Below the pieces are notes generated by a model that had not been told where the DNA came from, did not search any database, and saw nothing but the letters and a program-made list of their open reading frames with translations. A stretch of 52,567 bases of DNA from assembly GCA_034370405.1 (NCBI GenBank), contig JAXMKY010000080.1, positions 1 to 52,567 of the forward strand. The letters are read 5' to 3'. The DNA is from Bacteroidales bacterium. Lineage in GTDB: Bacteria; Bacteroidota; Bacteroidia; Bacteroidales; JAAYJT01. Shown one piece after another: positions 40,627 through 50,010 of the stretch (position 1 is the stretch's first letter; each line of letters starts with the position of its first letter). The position numbers were made by a program, and so were the translations under genes.

Positions 40627-41655
40627 ATGCCGGTTTATATTTTGGGCATTGAATCATCGTGCGACGAAACATCTGCTGCTGTGCTGAATGGCACCACCGT
40701 GCTAAGCAACTTCATTGCCACCCAAACCGTTCACCAACACTTTGGTGGAGTGGTGCCCGAACTGGCCAGCCGTGCCCATCAGCAGCATATCATCCCAGTG
40801 GTTCATACTGCCCTACAAAGAGCAAATGTAGATAAAAAAGATCTCTCAGCCGTTGCTTTCACCCGTGGGCCGGGTTTGCTCGGTTCGCTGCTTGTGGGCG
40901 TGTCGTTTGCCAAATCGTTTGCGCAAGCATTGCAAATCCCGCTGGTTGCAGTTGACCACATGCAGGCCCATATTCTGGCGCACTTCCTGCAACTGCCAGG
41001 GCAAGAAAAACAGGTTCCAACGTTTCCGTTTATTTGCCTTACCGTATCCGGCGGACATACCCAGATTGTTAGGGTAAACGATTACTTCGAGATGAAAATC
41101 ATTGGCCAAACCATTGATGATGCTGCCGGCGAGACTTTCGACAAGGCTGCGAAGATCATGGGCCTGCCCTACCCCGGCGGGCCAGTGATTGACAAATTAG
41201 CCAACCAAGGAAATGCCGAAGCATTTAAGTTCGCCAAGCCAAAAGTTTCGGGTTATGATTACAGCTTTAGCGGGTTGAAAACCTCTATCCTGTACTTTCT
41301 GCGCGACCAGTTAAAAAACGACCCTGAATTCATCACTAAGCATAAGAACGACCTGGCTGCCTCGGTACAGAAAACAATCATTGATATTTTAACCGAAAAA
41401 CTTATCCAGGCTTCCGAAGCCACGGGTATTAAAGAAATCGCCATTGCCGGTGGCGTCTCGGCCAATTCGGGCCTCCGAAACAAAATGCTTGAATTTCAGC
41501 AGACAAAAGGTTGGAATATTTACCTGCCCGGGTTGGCATTCACCACTGATAATGCTGCCATGATTGCTGTGGCAGGGTATTTCAAATACCTTACAGGCGA
41601 TTTTGCCCCCTTGGATATAACCCCGTATTCGAGAGGCGGGCACGTATTCGGGTGA
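40627..41655 (+). CDS. tsaD: tRNA N6-adenosine threonylcarbamoyltransferase
   Basis: 'ILGIESSCDET', 'GGVVPELASRAH', 'HMQAH', 'SGGHT', 'DDAAGE.FDK', 'TDNAAMIA'. Confidence 0.97.
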   Translation: MPVYILGIESSCDETSAAVLNGTTVLSNFIATQTVHQHFGGVVPELASRAHQQHIIPVVHTALQRANVDKKDLSAVAFTRGPGLLGSLLVGVSFAKSFAQALQIPLVAVDHMQAHILAHFLQLPGQEKQVPTFPFICLTVSGGHTQIVRVNDYFEMKIIGQTIDDAAGETFDKAAKIMGLPYPGGPVIDKLANQGNAEAFKFAKPKVSGYDYSFSGLKTSILYFLRDQLKNDPEFITKHKNDLAASVQKTIIDILTEKLIQASEATGIKEIAIAGGVSANSGLRNKMLEFQQTKGWNIYLPGLAFTTDNAAMIAVAGYFKYLTGDFAPLDITPYSRGGHVFG

Positions 41656-42489
41656 TCACTTCATGATAATAAAGCGCTTGTCTCCGGCCGGTTTTATTTT
41701 TCTTGCAGATGCATCGTACCGCAGATACATGCTCTCTATGCCCGGCGAGGATAGATTGCTGTTAATATAGCGGTTCATCATATAATCAGCAAGGTATCCG
41801 GCGAAGCGTTGCCCTGCCAAACGAGCCAACGGGTAGGCCTGGTTTACTTCGATGGTATCAATGGTGTAAATGTACTTGAACTCACCGGTATAAGGGAAAA
41901 AGCGCAGTCGGCCCTCCAGCTTATCCATAAGCGTAACATTTGAAAAAGCAACCTCTTTATGCGGAGCTTCTTCGTTTACTCCGCTAATTTCGAACCAGGC
42001 ATTAAAACGGACTACGTTAAGATATAAATCTCCAAGATAATAATATTGAAAATCAACATCCTTTTCATAAACAGCTTCAATATCCTCCTCTAGCTGAGCC
42101 TGGGCAAGGTTAACAACATATTTATAGCCCTGATTATCAAAAAACAAGTCCGAATCGGGTGCCAGATAAACGGCCATCCTACGCGCGCGCAATTCACGAA
42201 TCAATGCATTCACATACTCTTCGAGAAACATCGAGTCGGAAATATATTGCACAAACATGCTTTTTTGAAATAAGATAGAGTCGAGCGTATATTGATCCAT
42301 CGAAGCTGCATCGGGCACTTCGTAGGCTTTGAGGTTGGTTTTATAAAGATAATCAAGCGGAAACACAAGCACCGAAATATATTCCTGGTTGTGCAGAAAC
42401 TTATGAGCCAGTTTGCGCTCAACACTGCACGACATCAGCAAGAGTGAAGCAGCCAGCAATAATGCCAAGGGTTGTAGTTTGGTAGCCAT
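41656..42489 (-). CDS. Hypothetical lipoprotein
   Basis: 277-aa ORF with a lipobox (LLLMS-C), co-oriented with fprA. Confidence 0.7.
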   Translation of the reverse strand: MATKLQPLALLLAASLLLMSCSVERKLAHKFLHNQEYISVLVFPLDYLYKTNLKAYEVPDAASMDQYTLDSILFQKSMFVQYISDSMFLEEYVNALIRELRARRMAVYLAPDSDLFFDNQGYKYVVNLAQAQLEEDIEAVYEKDVDFQYYYLGDLYLNVVRFNAWFEISGVNEEAPHKEVAFSNVTLMDKLEGRLRFFPYTGEFKYIYTIDTIEVNQAYPLARLAGQRFAGYLADYMMNRYINSNLSSPGIESMYLRYDASARKIKPAGDKRFIIMK

Positions 42490-42499
42490 GAACTTTGTG

Positions 42500-43711
42500 T
42501 TAATTCATTTTGTTGGCAATCACCTTTTCAGCAAATTTCAGGCCATAGTCGAATGCTTTTTGCAGCGCATCGTTGTGGGGTGTGAACTTGATGAACAAGG
42601 ACTCACCAACATAGTTCAGCTTCAATCCTTCGAAGTTATTAATGATGATTTTATCGGCATCGCCGCTCCACCCGTACGAGCCAAAAGCACCTGCCAACTT
42701 GCCACGGTCGCGGATGGGGCTGATGAGTGCAAACACACTGTAGATCTGTGCCAGGATGTTTTGATTGATAGTTGGTGTGCCGATGATCAGGCCGGAGCAA
42801 CGCGCCAGGTGATCGTCAATGTCAGACAGGGGCATGGCCTCGATGTCGTGCAGTTCAACTTTGATAGCGCCTGTCGCAGCCAGCCCTTCGGCGATCTTCC
42901 GGGCCAGCAGCCCAGTGTTGTCATATGCTGATACGTATGCGATAAAAACACGGTTGGCCTCTTGCATAATCGCGGCTTCCTGCGACAGCTTCTCGCTCCA
43001 GTCAACATATTTTTTCCAGTTGCTTCGTAATATGGGGCCATGTCCCGTGCAGACAGCCTTTATGTCGAGCGGGCGGATTTTTTCGATGGCCTTGACCATG
43101 AACCTACTGAAAGGCTTGAGGATCACATCGAAATAGTATTTGAAGGCATCGTCCCAGTTGCCAACCAGGTCGTCGAACATGTTTTCATGGCAGTAATGTG
43201 CTCCAAACGAATCGCAGGTAAATAGCACATTATCAGGTTCTAACCAGGTGTACATTGAGTCGGGCCAGTGTAGGTTGGGTGTACCAATGAAGCGGAAAGT
43301 TTTGCGGCCGGTGCTAAAGCTATCACCGTCTTTTACAATGCGATGCCTGAATGACTCGCCCAGCAGATCATGCATGTTGCGGATGGCTACCCCACTGCCA
43401 ACAACGGTAGCGTTGGGTGCTATACGCAGCAGGTTCCTGACACTGCCCGAGTGATCAGGCTCGGTGTGGTTAAGGATAATATACAGTATTTCAGCCGGAT
43501 CGGTAAGCTGCCGTATCTTGGCTTCATAGATGTCCCAAAATTTCTCCTTGGCGGTTTCAACAATCGTTTTTTGCTCGTCGTCAACAAAATAGGAATTGTA
43601 AGTGGTGCCGTATTTGGTCTCCATCACCACATCGAAGGTGACCAGGTCTGGATCGAGCACTCCTATCCATTTCACATCTGGAGTTATTTCAAGTATCTGG
43701 TTGTTTTTCAT
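42500..43711 (-). CDS. fprA: Flavodiiron protein (FprA / A-type flavoprotein)
   Basis: 'GTTYNSY', 'NHTEPDHSG', 'HWPDS', 'CDSFG', 'GHG', and flavodoxin 'AFGSYGWSG'. Confidence 0.93.
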   Translation of the reverse strand: MKNNQILEITPDVKWIGVLDPDLVTFDVVMETKYGTTYNSYFVDDEQKTIVETAKEKFWDIYEAKIRQLTDPAEILYIILNHTEPDHSGSVRNLLRIAPNATVVGSGVAIRNMHDLLGESFRHRIVKDGDSFSTGRKTFRFIGTPNLHWPDSMYTWLEPDNVLFTCDSFGAHYCHENMFDDLVGNWDDAFKYYFDVILKPFSRFMVKAIEKIRPLDIKAVCTGHGPILRSNWKKYVDWSEKLSQEAAIMQEANRVFIAYVSAYDNTGLLARKIAEGLAATGAIKVELHDIEAMPLSDIDDHLARCSGLIIGTPTINQNILAQIYSVFALISPIRDRGKLAGAFGSYGWSGDADKIIINNFEGLKLNYVGESLFIKFTPHNDALQKAFDYGLKFAEKVIANKMN

Positions 43712-43831
43712 AATTCAATGGCTAAAACTTATATCATGTTCTGAAAAAGACAGGTAGCGAAATCCAGTTCCGCAATGGCAGGATAGGGTCGTAGTAGAAT
43801 ATATTTCCCGGAACAGTCTCATAATCAAACT

Positions 43832-46618
43832 TTAAAATTCAATAATCATTTGTTTGCTGTCTTCGTCGCTGCGCCGGGGCGCGATGGGTTTGGGCTCCAC
43901 CGGAGGAAATAGATCGGATAGAGAGCCTACTGCTTCCTGTTCTTGCTCCCCGGCTGTAACAAGCCCGTTAGAACAGTCTGTGCTATCTGCTTCAGCAGTC
44001 CCTGGAACTACTGAAAATCCAGTAATTGCCTGAGCACCTGCCTTGGCATCAAGCTCACCCCCATCACTGCGGCTGCTGCCATCATCAGTTTCTTTTTCTT
44101 CAGATTTAGTTAATGTGATTATTTTAATAAAGTACTTCGAGACCTTCTTGCCCAAGGCTTTCACACCCATCACTTCAACCAATTGATTAAGATGTATGAT
44201 TTCGTTGGCATGAGGTTTCTTGTTGAGTTTATCATCGTACACCACCGTAACAAGTGGATTGTCGCTGGTGCTGAAAAGAATCAGTTTGTTTAGCTCCGGT
44301 TCAGGCATGAAGGATGTCTTTTTGTCGCCATTTTCGATGACAAAGCGTTTCACAAAATAGAAATGTTTTTCGTTGTGAAAATACACGGCAGTAAGTATGG
44401 TTGCTTGGACGAATTTTTCGATATGAATCAGGTCTTCGTCGAAATGCAAGCCCAGGTCGTAGCTGGTGAGCTGGTAGGCCCCCGACTGCATGATGGTCAA
44501 TATTTTATCATCGCCGGCAAAATCTCCAAGGTAGCGGCCACGTTCGTCGGCATTGAGTCGCCGAATGCTGTCGTCGAACCAGATTGGCCGTGCACCAAGT
44601 GTTGAAACACCCTCTTCGGTTTTCACGATCTTCTGCACATGCTTCTTGCTCAGGATATTTCCTTTGGACCCTCGCCCTTTGATGGTAAGTGTGCTGAGGT
44701 CGAACTCAAAAATAAGTTTCTTGAGCCGCTTTTGGGGGCGCAAATGCACCCGTATTATCTCTGCCTCGCCATTGGGATTGGCAGTGAAATAGAGCACCTT
44801 GCTGCCTGAAACATCTCCGGTAAGGTCGTACTCTTTGTCGCGCGTGATGCCCAACACAGCAAAGCGTTTGACGTACACCGGTCCGTTTTTACCATTGCGG
44901 TAAGCCATGTTGTAGATGGTGCGGTCGTCGTTGCGTTTAAACACATCAATGTGGATGATGTGCTGGCCAACAAATACTTTCTCGGCCACCTTCAGCACCT
45001 GGAAAGTTCCGTTTTCGCGAAAAACGATGACATCATCAATGTCGGAACACTCGCACACATATTCATCCTTTTTCAGTCCCCACCCAACAAAACCAACAGC
45101 CTTGTTCACATAAAGTTTCAGGGTGGCAGCTGCCACAGCAGCAGCTTCGATGGTGTCGAAGTAGCGAATCTCGGTGCGGCGTGTGCGGCCCTTGCCATGT
45201 TTCTTCAACATCTGCCTGAAATGCTCAATGGCATAGTCAACCAAATGGTTCAGATGATTTTGCACCTGCCCCATTTCTTCCTGCATCCGTGCTATGTCTT
45301 CGTCGGCCTTCAAGGAGTTGTATTTCGAGATGCGTTTGATCTTTATCTCGGTGAGGCGGATGATGTCGTCGGTGGTGATAGAACGGATGAGCTTTTTCAT
45401 GTATGGCTCCAGTCCTTTGGCAATGGCCTCAATCACTTCCTGCCAGGTTTGGCATTCTTCGATTTTGCGATAGATGCGTTTTTCGATAAATATTTTCTCG
45501 AGAGAGGCAAAGTGAAGCATTTCAAGCAGTTCATCCTTACGTATCTGTAACTCCCTACGTAGAATATCAACCGTGTTCTCGGTTGAGATCCTGAGCATCT
45601 CTTTCACACCCAAAAATTGAGGCTTACCTTGGTAGATTACGCAGGCGTTGGGTGAGACGGCTATTTCGCACGCAGTAAAAGCATATAGCGCATCAATGGT
45701 GGTGTCGGGCGACACTCCGGGCTGCAGGTGGATGAGTACCTCAACATTTTCGGCTGTGTTGTCGTCAATCTTGCGTATCTTGATCTTGCCTTTGTCGTTG
45801 GCAGCCACGATGCTGTCAATCAATGTTCCGGTGGTGGTTCCGAAAGGCAACTCGGTGATTGACAGGATTTTTTTATCGAGCTTGTTGATTTTGGCCCTCA
45901 CGCGCACCTTGCCACCGCGCAGGCCACGGTTGTATTTCGAAAAATCGGCCAGGCCACCCATTTGAAAGTCGGGATAGAGGTCGAAATCTTGGTTTTGCAG
46001 GATTTTTATGGAAGCTTCGATGAGTTCAACGAAGTTGTGCGGCAGTATTTTTGAAGCCAGCCCCACGGCGATGCCTTCGACACCCATGGCCAGCAGCAAG
46101 GGGAATTTCACCGGTAGGGCGAGGGGTTCCTTGTTACGGCCGTCGTATGAAGATTTCCATAGTGAGGTTTTCGGATTAAACACCACATCGAGGGCGAATT
46201 TCGACAGGCGTGCTTCGATGTAGCGAGGTGCAGCAGCGCTGTCGCCTGTGAACGTGTTGCCCCAGTTACCCTGGGTATCTACCAACAACTCTTTCTGGCC
46301 TATTTGCACCAGCGCATCGCCGATCGAAGCGTCGCCATGCGGGTGATATTTCATGGTGTGGCCGATGATGTTGGCCACTTTGTTGAAACGCCCGTCTTCG
46401 AGCTCCCACATGGCATGTAAAATCCTGCGCTGCACCGGTTTCAGGCCATCGAGCAATTCAGGCACAGCGCGTTCCAGAATCACATACGAGGCATAGTCGA
46501 GAAACCAGTTCTCATACATCCCCGAGAGTGGGATCACATGATGCATCCCGTTCTGATCCTGGATGGACTCAGCATTCAGCTCAACGTCTCCTGATTCTAT
46601 GGATTTATCCTCTTCCAT
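43832..46618 (-). CDS. parC: DNA topoisomerase IV subunit A (Bacteroidota type)
   Basis: 'DGLKPVQRRIL', 'YHPHGDAS', 'AAAPRYIEARL' (catalytic Tyr), and the Bacteroidota ParC-type N-terminus 'WFLDYASYVILERA'. Confidence 0.88.
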   Translation of the reverse strand: MEEDKSIESGDVELNAESIQDQNGMHHVIPLSGMYENWFLDYASYVILERAVPELLDGLKPVQRRILHAMWELEDGRFNKVANIIGHTMKYHPHGDASIGDALVQIGQKELLVDTQGNWGNTFTGDSAAAPRYIEARLSKFALDVVFNPKTSLWKSSYDGRNKEPLALPVKFPLLLAMGVEGIAVGLASKILPHNFVELIEASIKILQNQDFDLYPDFQMGGLADFSKYNRGLRGGKVRVRAKINKLDKKILSITELPFGTTTGTLIDSIVAANDKGKIKIRKIDDNTAENVEVLIHLQPGVSPDTTIDALYAFTACEIAVSPNACVIYQGKPQFLGVKEMLRISTENTVDILRRELQIRKDELLEMLHFASLEKIFIEKRIYRKIEECQTWQEVIEAIAKGLEPYMKKLIRSITTDDIIRLTEIKIKRISKYNSLKADEDIARMQEEMGQVQNHLNHLVDYAIEHFRQMLKKHGKGRTRRTEIRYFDTIEAAAVAAATLKLYVNKAVGFVGWGLKKDEYVCECSDIDDVIVFRENGTFQVLKVAEKVFVGQHIIHIDVFKRNDDRTIYNMAYRNGKNGPVYVKRFAVLGITRDKEYDLTGDVSGSKVLYFTANPNGEAEIIRVHLRPQKRLKKLIFEFDLSTLTIKGRGSKGNILSKKHVQKIVKTEEGVSTLGARPIWFDDSIRRLNADERGRYLGDFAGDDKILTIMQSGAYQLTSYDLGLHFDEDLIHIEKFVQATILTAVYFHNEKHFYFVKRFVIENGDKKTSFMPEPELNKLILFSTSDNPLVTVVYDDKLNKKPHANEIIHLNQLVEVMGVKALGKKVSKYFIKIITLTKSEEKETDDGSSRSDGGELDAKAGAQAITGFSVVPGTAEADSTDCSNGLVTAGEQEQEAVGSLSDLFPPVEPKPIAPRRSDEDSKQMIIEF

Positions 46619-46715
46619 GTAGTATTATGAGGGCTCTCATTTATTTTGAGCCTGTAATTTAATTTTATTCATTTTCTATAAAACACAAAGAGGCATGGAT
46701 AAAAAAGTTCCAAGA

Positions 46716-46746
46716 TAAAAGGTAAAAGGGTAAAGGGTAAAAAAAG
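46716..46746. repeat. Degenerate TAAAAGG heptamer repeats, inverse of 47214-47276
   Basis: TAAAAGG TAAAAGGG TAAAGGG TAAAAAAAG. Confidence 0.7.
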
Positions 46747-46862
46747 AGGAAGGTATCAACTTTTTTTGAACTATAGCCTTTGCTTTTGCGTACTCCATCT
46801 TTTTATCTATCTGAAAAAATTCCTTCCTGTAAGCTTTTTCATTTTAACTTTTTCCTTTTAAC

Positions 46863-47210
46863 TTATAATTTGCTGAGAATTGAGCCAAGTATATTTTTTA
46901 ACTCGGTTGATTCGTTTACGAGGTATCTACATTTTTCTATATCACCTGATTTAAGATTATTAAAAATTCTTAAAAAGTAGTTTGATTCACGCATTTCTTT
47001 CAGGGAAATACCGATTTTAGTTTTAAAGTCAGGTTTTGTAGGTGACCCCTGAGATTCTTCATAATTTGCTCCGCTTGATGTTGAGGCTTTTATGAGTTGT
47101 CTTTTCATATCCATAGTCTCAATTGTATTTTTTACAGTACGCAAATACAAAATTACATCTACCGCAAATCGTAGCAATCTTTCACACAAATCTCTCTTTT
47201 GAGCTTTCAT
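46863..47210 (-). CDS. Four-helix-bundle protein (TIGR02436 / 23S-IVP / Avd-like family)
   Basis: 'DL.ER...FA', 'QLIKASTSSGANYEE', 'DF..KI.ISLKE.RES.YFL', 'ES.EL..IL'; AT-rich. Confidence 0.9.
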   Translation of the reverse strand: MKAQKRDLCERLLRFAVDVILYLRTVKNTIETMDMKRQLIKASTSSGANYEESQGSPTKPDFKTKIGISLKEMRESNYFLRIFNNLKSGDIEKCRYLVNESTELKNILGSILSKL

Positions 47211-47213
47211 AAA

Positions 47214-47276
47214 CTTTTACCTTTTCCCTTTTACCTTTTCCCTTTTACCTTTTACCTTTTACCTTTTACCTTTTCC
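47214..47276. repeat. Nine tandem CTTTT(A/C)C heptamers directly upstream of the four-helix-bundle start
   Basis: Nine consecutive CTTTTAC/CTTTTCC units counted directly. Confidence 0.95.
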
Positions 47277-47336
47277 CTTCATCCTTACCCTCACCCACTT
47301 GCTTTTATAATCATGATAGGTATATCAAGTTCAGCA

Positions 47337-49400
47337 TCAGGACAAAAAGCGCAGTGCAAGGCCTTCGAGCATCAAGAAGAACAAGGCGGCAATGATGAAA
47401 TATTTCCACAGTTGCCTTCCGATATTCATCTCGCTGATGACCTGATCTATGGGCCGGTCGCTGTTGCGAATGACGGCAAAATTAGTGATTCCTGCCTTTA
47501 CCGCCAACTCCGAAAGCTGATCGGCCGAAAGATAATCCTGCTCCGACTCGCGGCGGTCGTAATTAAAAGCCAATGCTGAAAGTATACGCTGACCTGCCAG
47601 CAAATGATAGTTACCTGCGATGTGAATGCGGTTGAGGGCATAAATCCAGGTGCGGAAGTTCAGCACCCGGTGGCCGGGGATAAACTCAAACTGCTCATCG
47701 GAACTGCGGAGGTGGAACACCTGCTCGGTGTCGGGGGTGATGTTTCCGATCAACACCGATTCGTCGCGACCGATGATGTGATACAGCGCCTGCCGTGGAG
47801 CACTCAGCAGGGCCATTTTATAAAAGGTGGGAACAAAGAGGGCGTGAACGGGGAAGTTGGTGGCATCTTTTTCGAGGGGCGCTGCCATGGCCCACACGGT
47901 GCCTTCGCCCACGCTGTTGGTGACCAGGAACGGCTGCCCGTTTTGCAATCTTACCACCACTTCCACATCGCGCCGCGATGGCATTTGCAAGCTCCAATAG
48001 TAACGAACCCATGGCAGGTCGGTCTCAGGAGGCATGATGTACCTGCCTGAAGCATCGCGTTCAAACACATCGCCATAAACAGGGTGCAACAAATCAAGCT
48101 GGTCGAGACGTGTACGACTGGTATCGCTGGTCGAGAAAGACACCGATTGAAGGCTCTCCATAAAAATGTTGTAACTGGCCCGTTCGGCTTCCCTTGTCGG
48201 GATCACCACGAGGTGACCGCCTGCATTCACAAACTTACTCAATTCGTTGGCAAGGCCACTCGAAATGCTTGACAAGCCGCTAAGTATAATGAGCTGCTGC
48301 CCGGAAAATGTGGAATAGTTGATCTGGCGAAGGTTCACCTCCTGGTATTGAAAAAGGCTGTCGGAACCGTAGAGGGTGCGCAGGTAAGGGCTGGGTTGCC
48401 GATCGCAGATCGAAAGAACCCGGATGACAGGCAACACGTTGAAAGAGAAGAACAACTGATCGTCGAAAGTAATCGGGTAGTCGCTGATTTCAATCACGCC
48501 ATTGTGCAGTCCCGTTTCGCGGATGGTGAAGGTCATGAGAAGATCATGGTGGCTGTTGGCATCGAGATCGGCCGTGGCAAGGGTGCGCTGAATGCCATTG
48601 ATGAGGAGCTTCACGGGAATTTTTTCGTATTGCTGGGTGCTGTGGTTGGTGATTCTTACATGAAGCTGTGCCACTTGTCCGGGTTGTTGCACCGGCACAG
48701 CAAACCAGCAAGTATCAATGCTGAGGTTTTGCAGCGCACCGGCTGTGAGCGGAAGGAAGAAATGTCTCAGGCTTGTATCGGTTTTGGCAGGGTCGGCTAT
48801 GGCCATATTGCGCTGGAAGTCGCTCAACAGGTAGACCGAAGCATGTTCTTTATTTCCGGTTCGCACAATGTCATACTGGCGCTGCAGCACATCGGAAATA
48901 GCCCGCACCGAAGGTGAGAGTTCCACTTCTTCGATAAGCGATAGCATTTCGTCGGCAGTGAAAAGGTGATGGTGGCGGCCATCGAAATCGTTGGTAACCA
49001 AGCCAAAACGCGCTGCGCGCGGATGGCCTTTCACCACCCCAATGGCCTTTTGCCTGGCTTCGTCAAGCAAACGCCCTGCATCGCCTTGAGCTTCCATGCT
49101 GAATGAGTTATCAATGTATATGCTTACCACCTCTTCGCTGCCTGCCTTGTAGCCGTGGATGGGGGGCAGGTAGGGCCGGGCAAAAGCCATCACCAGCATT
49201 GCAATGGCCAGCACACGGCTCAGCAATGCCAGCCAGTGGCGCAGACGCCTCTGCTTTTTCGCCTCGAGCTGCAGCTGCCTGAGAAAGCGTACATTGGTGA
49301 AATACACCTTGCGGTAGCGTTGCAGGTTAAAAAGGTGCAACAGTATGGGAATGGCAATAGCCAGCAGCCCCCACAGGGCGTTGGGGTTGGTCAGTAACAT
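47337..49400 (-). CDS. BatA-domain / VWA membrane protein (N-terminal double-TM family)
   Basis: 'LWGLLAIAIPILLHLFN..R...YF.N.RFL', 'AFARP', VWA 'IDNSFSM', 'LSDFQ', and C-terminal 'LWKYF' plus TM. Confidence 0.88.
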   Translation of the reverse strand: MLLTNPNALWGLLAIAIPILLHLFNLQRYRKVYFTNVRFLRQLQLEAKKQRRLRHWLALLSRVLAIAMLVMAFARPYLPPIHGYKAGSEEVVSIYIDNSFSMEAQGDAGRLLDEARQKAIGVVKGHPRAARFGLVTNDFDGRHHHLFTADEMLSLIEEVELSPSVRAISDVLQRQYDIVRTGNKEHASVYLLSDFQRNMAIADPAKTDTSLRHFFLPLTAGALQNLSIDTCWFAVPVQQPGQVAQLHVRITNHSTQQYEKIPVKLLINGIQRTLATADLDANSHHDLLMTFTIRETGLHNGVIEISDYPITFDDQLFFSFNVLPVIRVLSICDRQPSPYLRTLYGSDSLFQYQEVNLRQINYSTFSGQQLIILSGLSSISSGLANELSKFVNAGGHLVVIPTREAERASYNIFMESLQSVSFSTSDTSRTRLDQLDLLHPVYGDVFERDASGRYIMPPETDLPWVRYYWSLQMPSRRDVEVVVRLQNGQPFLVTNSVGEGTVWAMAAPLEKDATNFPVHALFVPTFYKMALLSAPRQALYHIIGRDESVLIGNITPDTEQVFHLRSSDEQFEFIPGHRVLNFRTWIYALNRIHIAGNYHLLAGQRILSALAFNYDRRESEQDYLSADQLSELAVKAGITNFAVIRNSDRPIDQVISEMNIGRQLWKYFIIAALFFLMLEGLALRFLS

Positions 49401-49452
49401 CTCTGAAAGTTAGTTATATATCAGTATTATTAAGTACAGTGAAAGTTGATTT

Positions 49453-49917
49453 ATGAACAGTGATTAACGATTTTTGATTTATGATTTATAGTTTATTGTT
49501 TTGACTATTTTTCTGTGCAGTTTCAACACTTTTCACAAAAATAGATATCAACTCATTGCTTTCGTTCAGGGCAAGAATAATTTTATCTTCTGATTTATAG
49601 AGTTTTGTGCGAAATATAATTTTCAAACAGATATTGGTTTCCCTCAATTCTTTCAAAACGATTTTTATTTTGTGGATAAAATCTCTGCGAGATTCTCCGC
49701 TTTGGGCCTCACCATAATTTAATGCAGGAGACGTTCCTGATCGCAATAACTGCCCCGCCAGATGGTTTGACTCTTTTGTATCAAACATCGTTTTACTGAT
49801 TTCAACAATCAATACTGCAAAATTTATTAATCGTTCTTCAAGGTCGTGCTTATTCATACGTTTACTTTGATTCCTTGTTTCTTCTTCGCATATCATAAAT
49901 CGTTAATCATTATTCAT
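49453..49917. repeat. Inverted repeat pair bracketing the second four-helix-bundle gene
   Basis: ATGAACAGTGATTAACGATTTTTGAT (49453-49478) matches the reverse complement of 49892-49917 (ATGAATAATGATTAACGATTTATGAT) at 23/26. Both arms show 7-bp periodicity. Confidence 0.8.
49486..49857 (-). CDS. Four-helix-bundle protein (TIGR02436 family), second copy
   Basis: 'DLEERLINFA', 'QLLRSGTSPALNYGEAQSGES..DFIHK....LKELRET', 'E..ELI.IF'. ATG 49857 is preferred. Confidence 0.92.
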   Translation of the reverse strand: MNKHDLEERLINFAVLIVEISKTMFDTKESNHLAGQLLRSGTSPALNYGEAQSGESRRDFIHKIKIVLKELRETNICLKIIFRTKLYKSEDKIILALNESNELISIFVKSVETAQKNSQNNKL

Positions 49918-50010
49918 TATTCATTATTCTTCCTGATTCTTCCTGGATGGTAGGATTTACACCTCAGGTTCCGATCAGCGATAAAGGTTATACGGCAGGA
50001 TTAATTTCAT

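Noticed and set aside
47214-47276. CRISPR array
   Set aside because: These are 7-bp tandem units with no spacers and no cas genes. No CRISPR array was seen anywhere in the window.
47199-47579. 126-aa + strand ORF starting with FPFYLFPFTFYLLPF
   Set aside because: It is a translation artefact of the heptamer array and antisense to the BatA gene.
46863-49857. Diversity-generating retroelement or 23S rRNA intervening sequence, suggested by the Avd/IVP-like proteins
   Set aside because: No reverse transcriptase, template/variable repeat pair or rRNA sequence was seen in the window.
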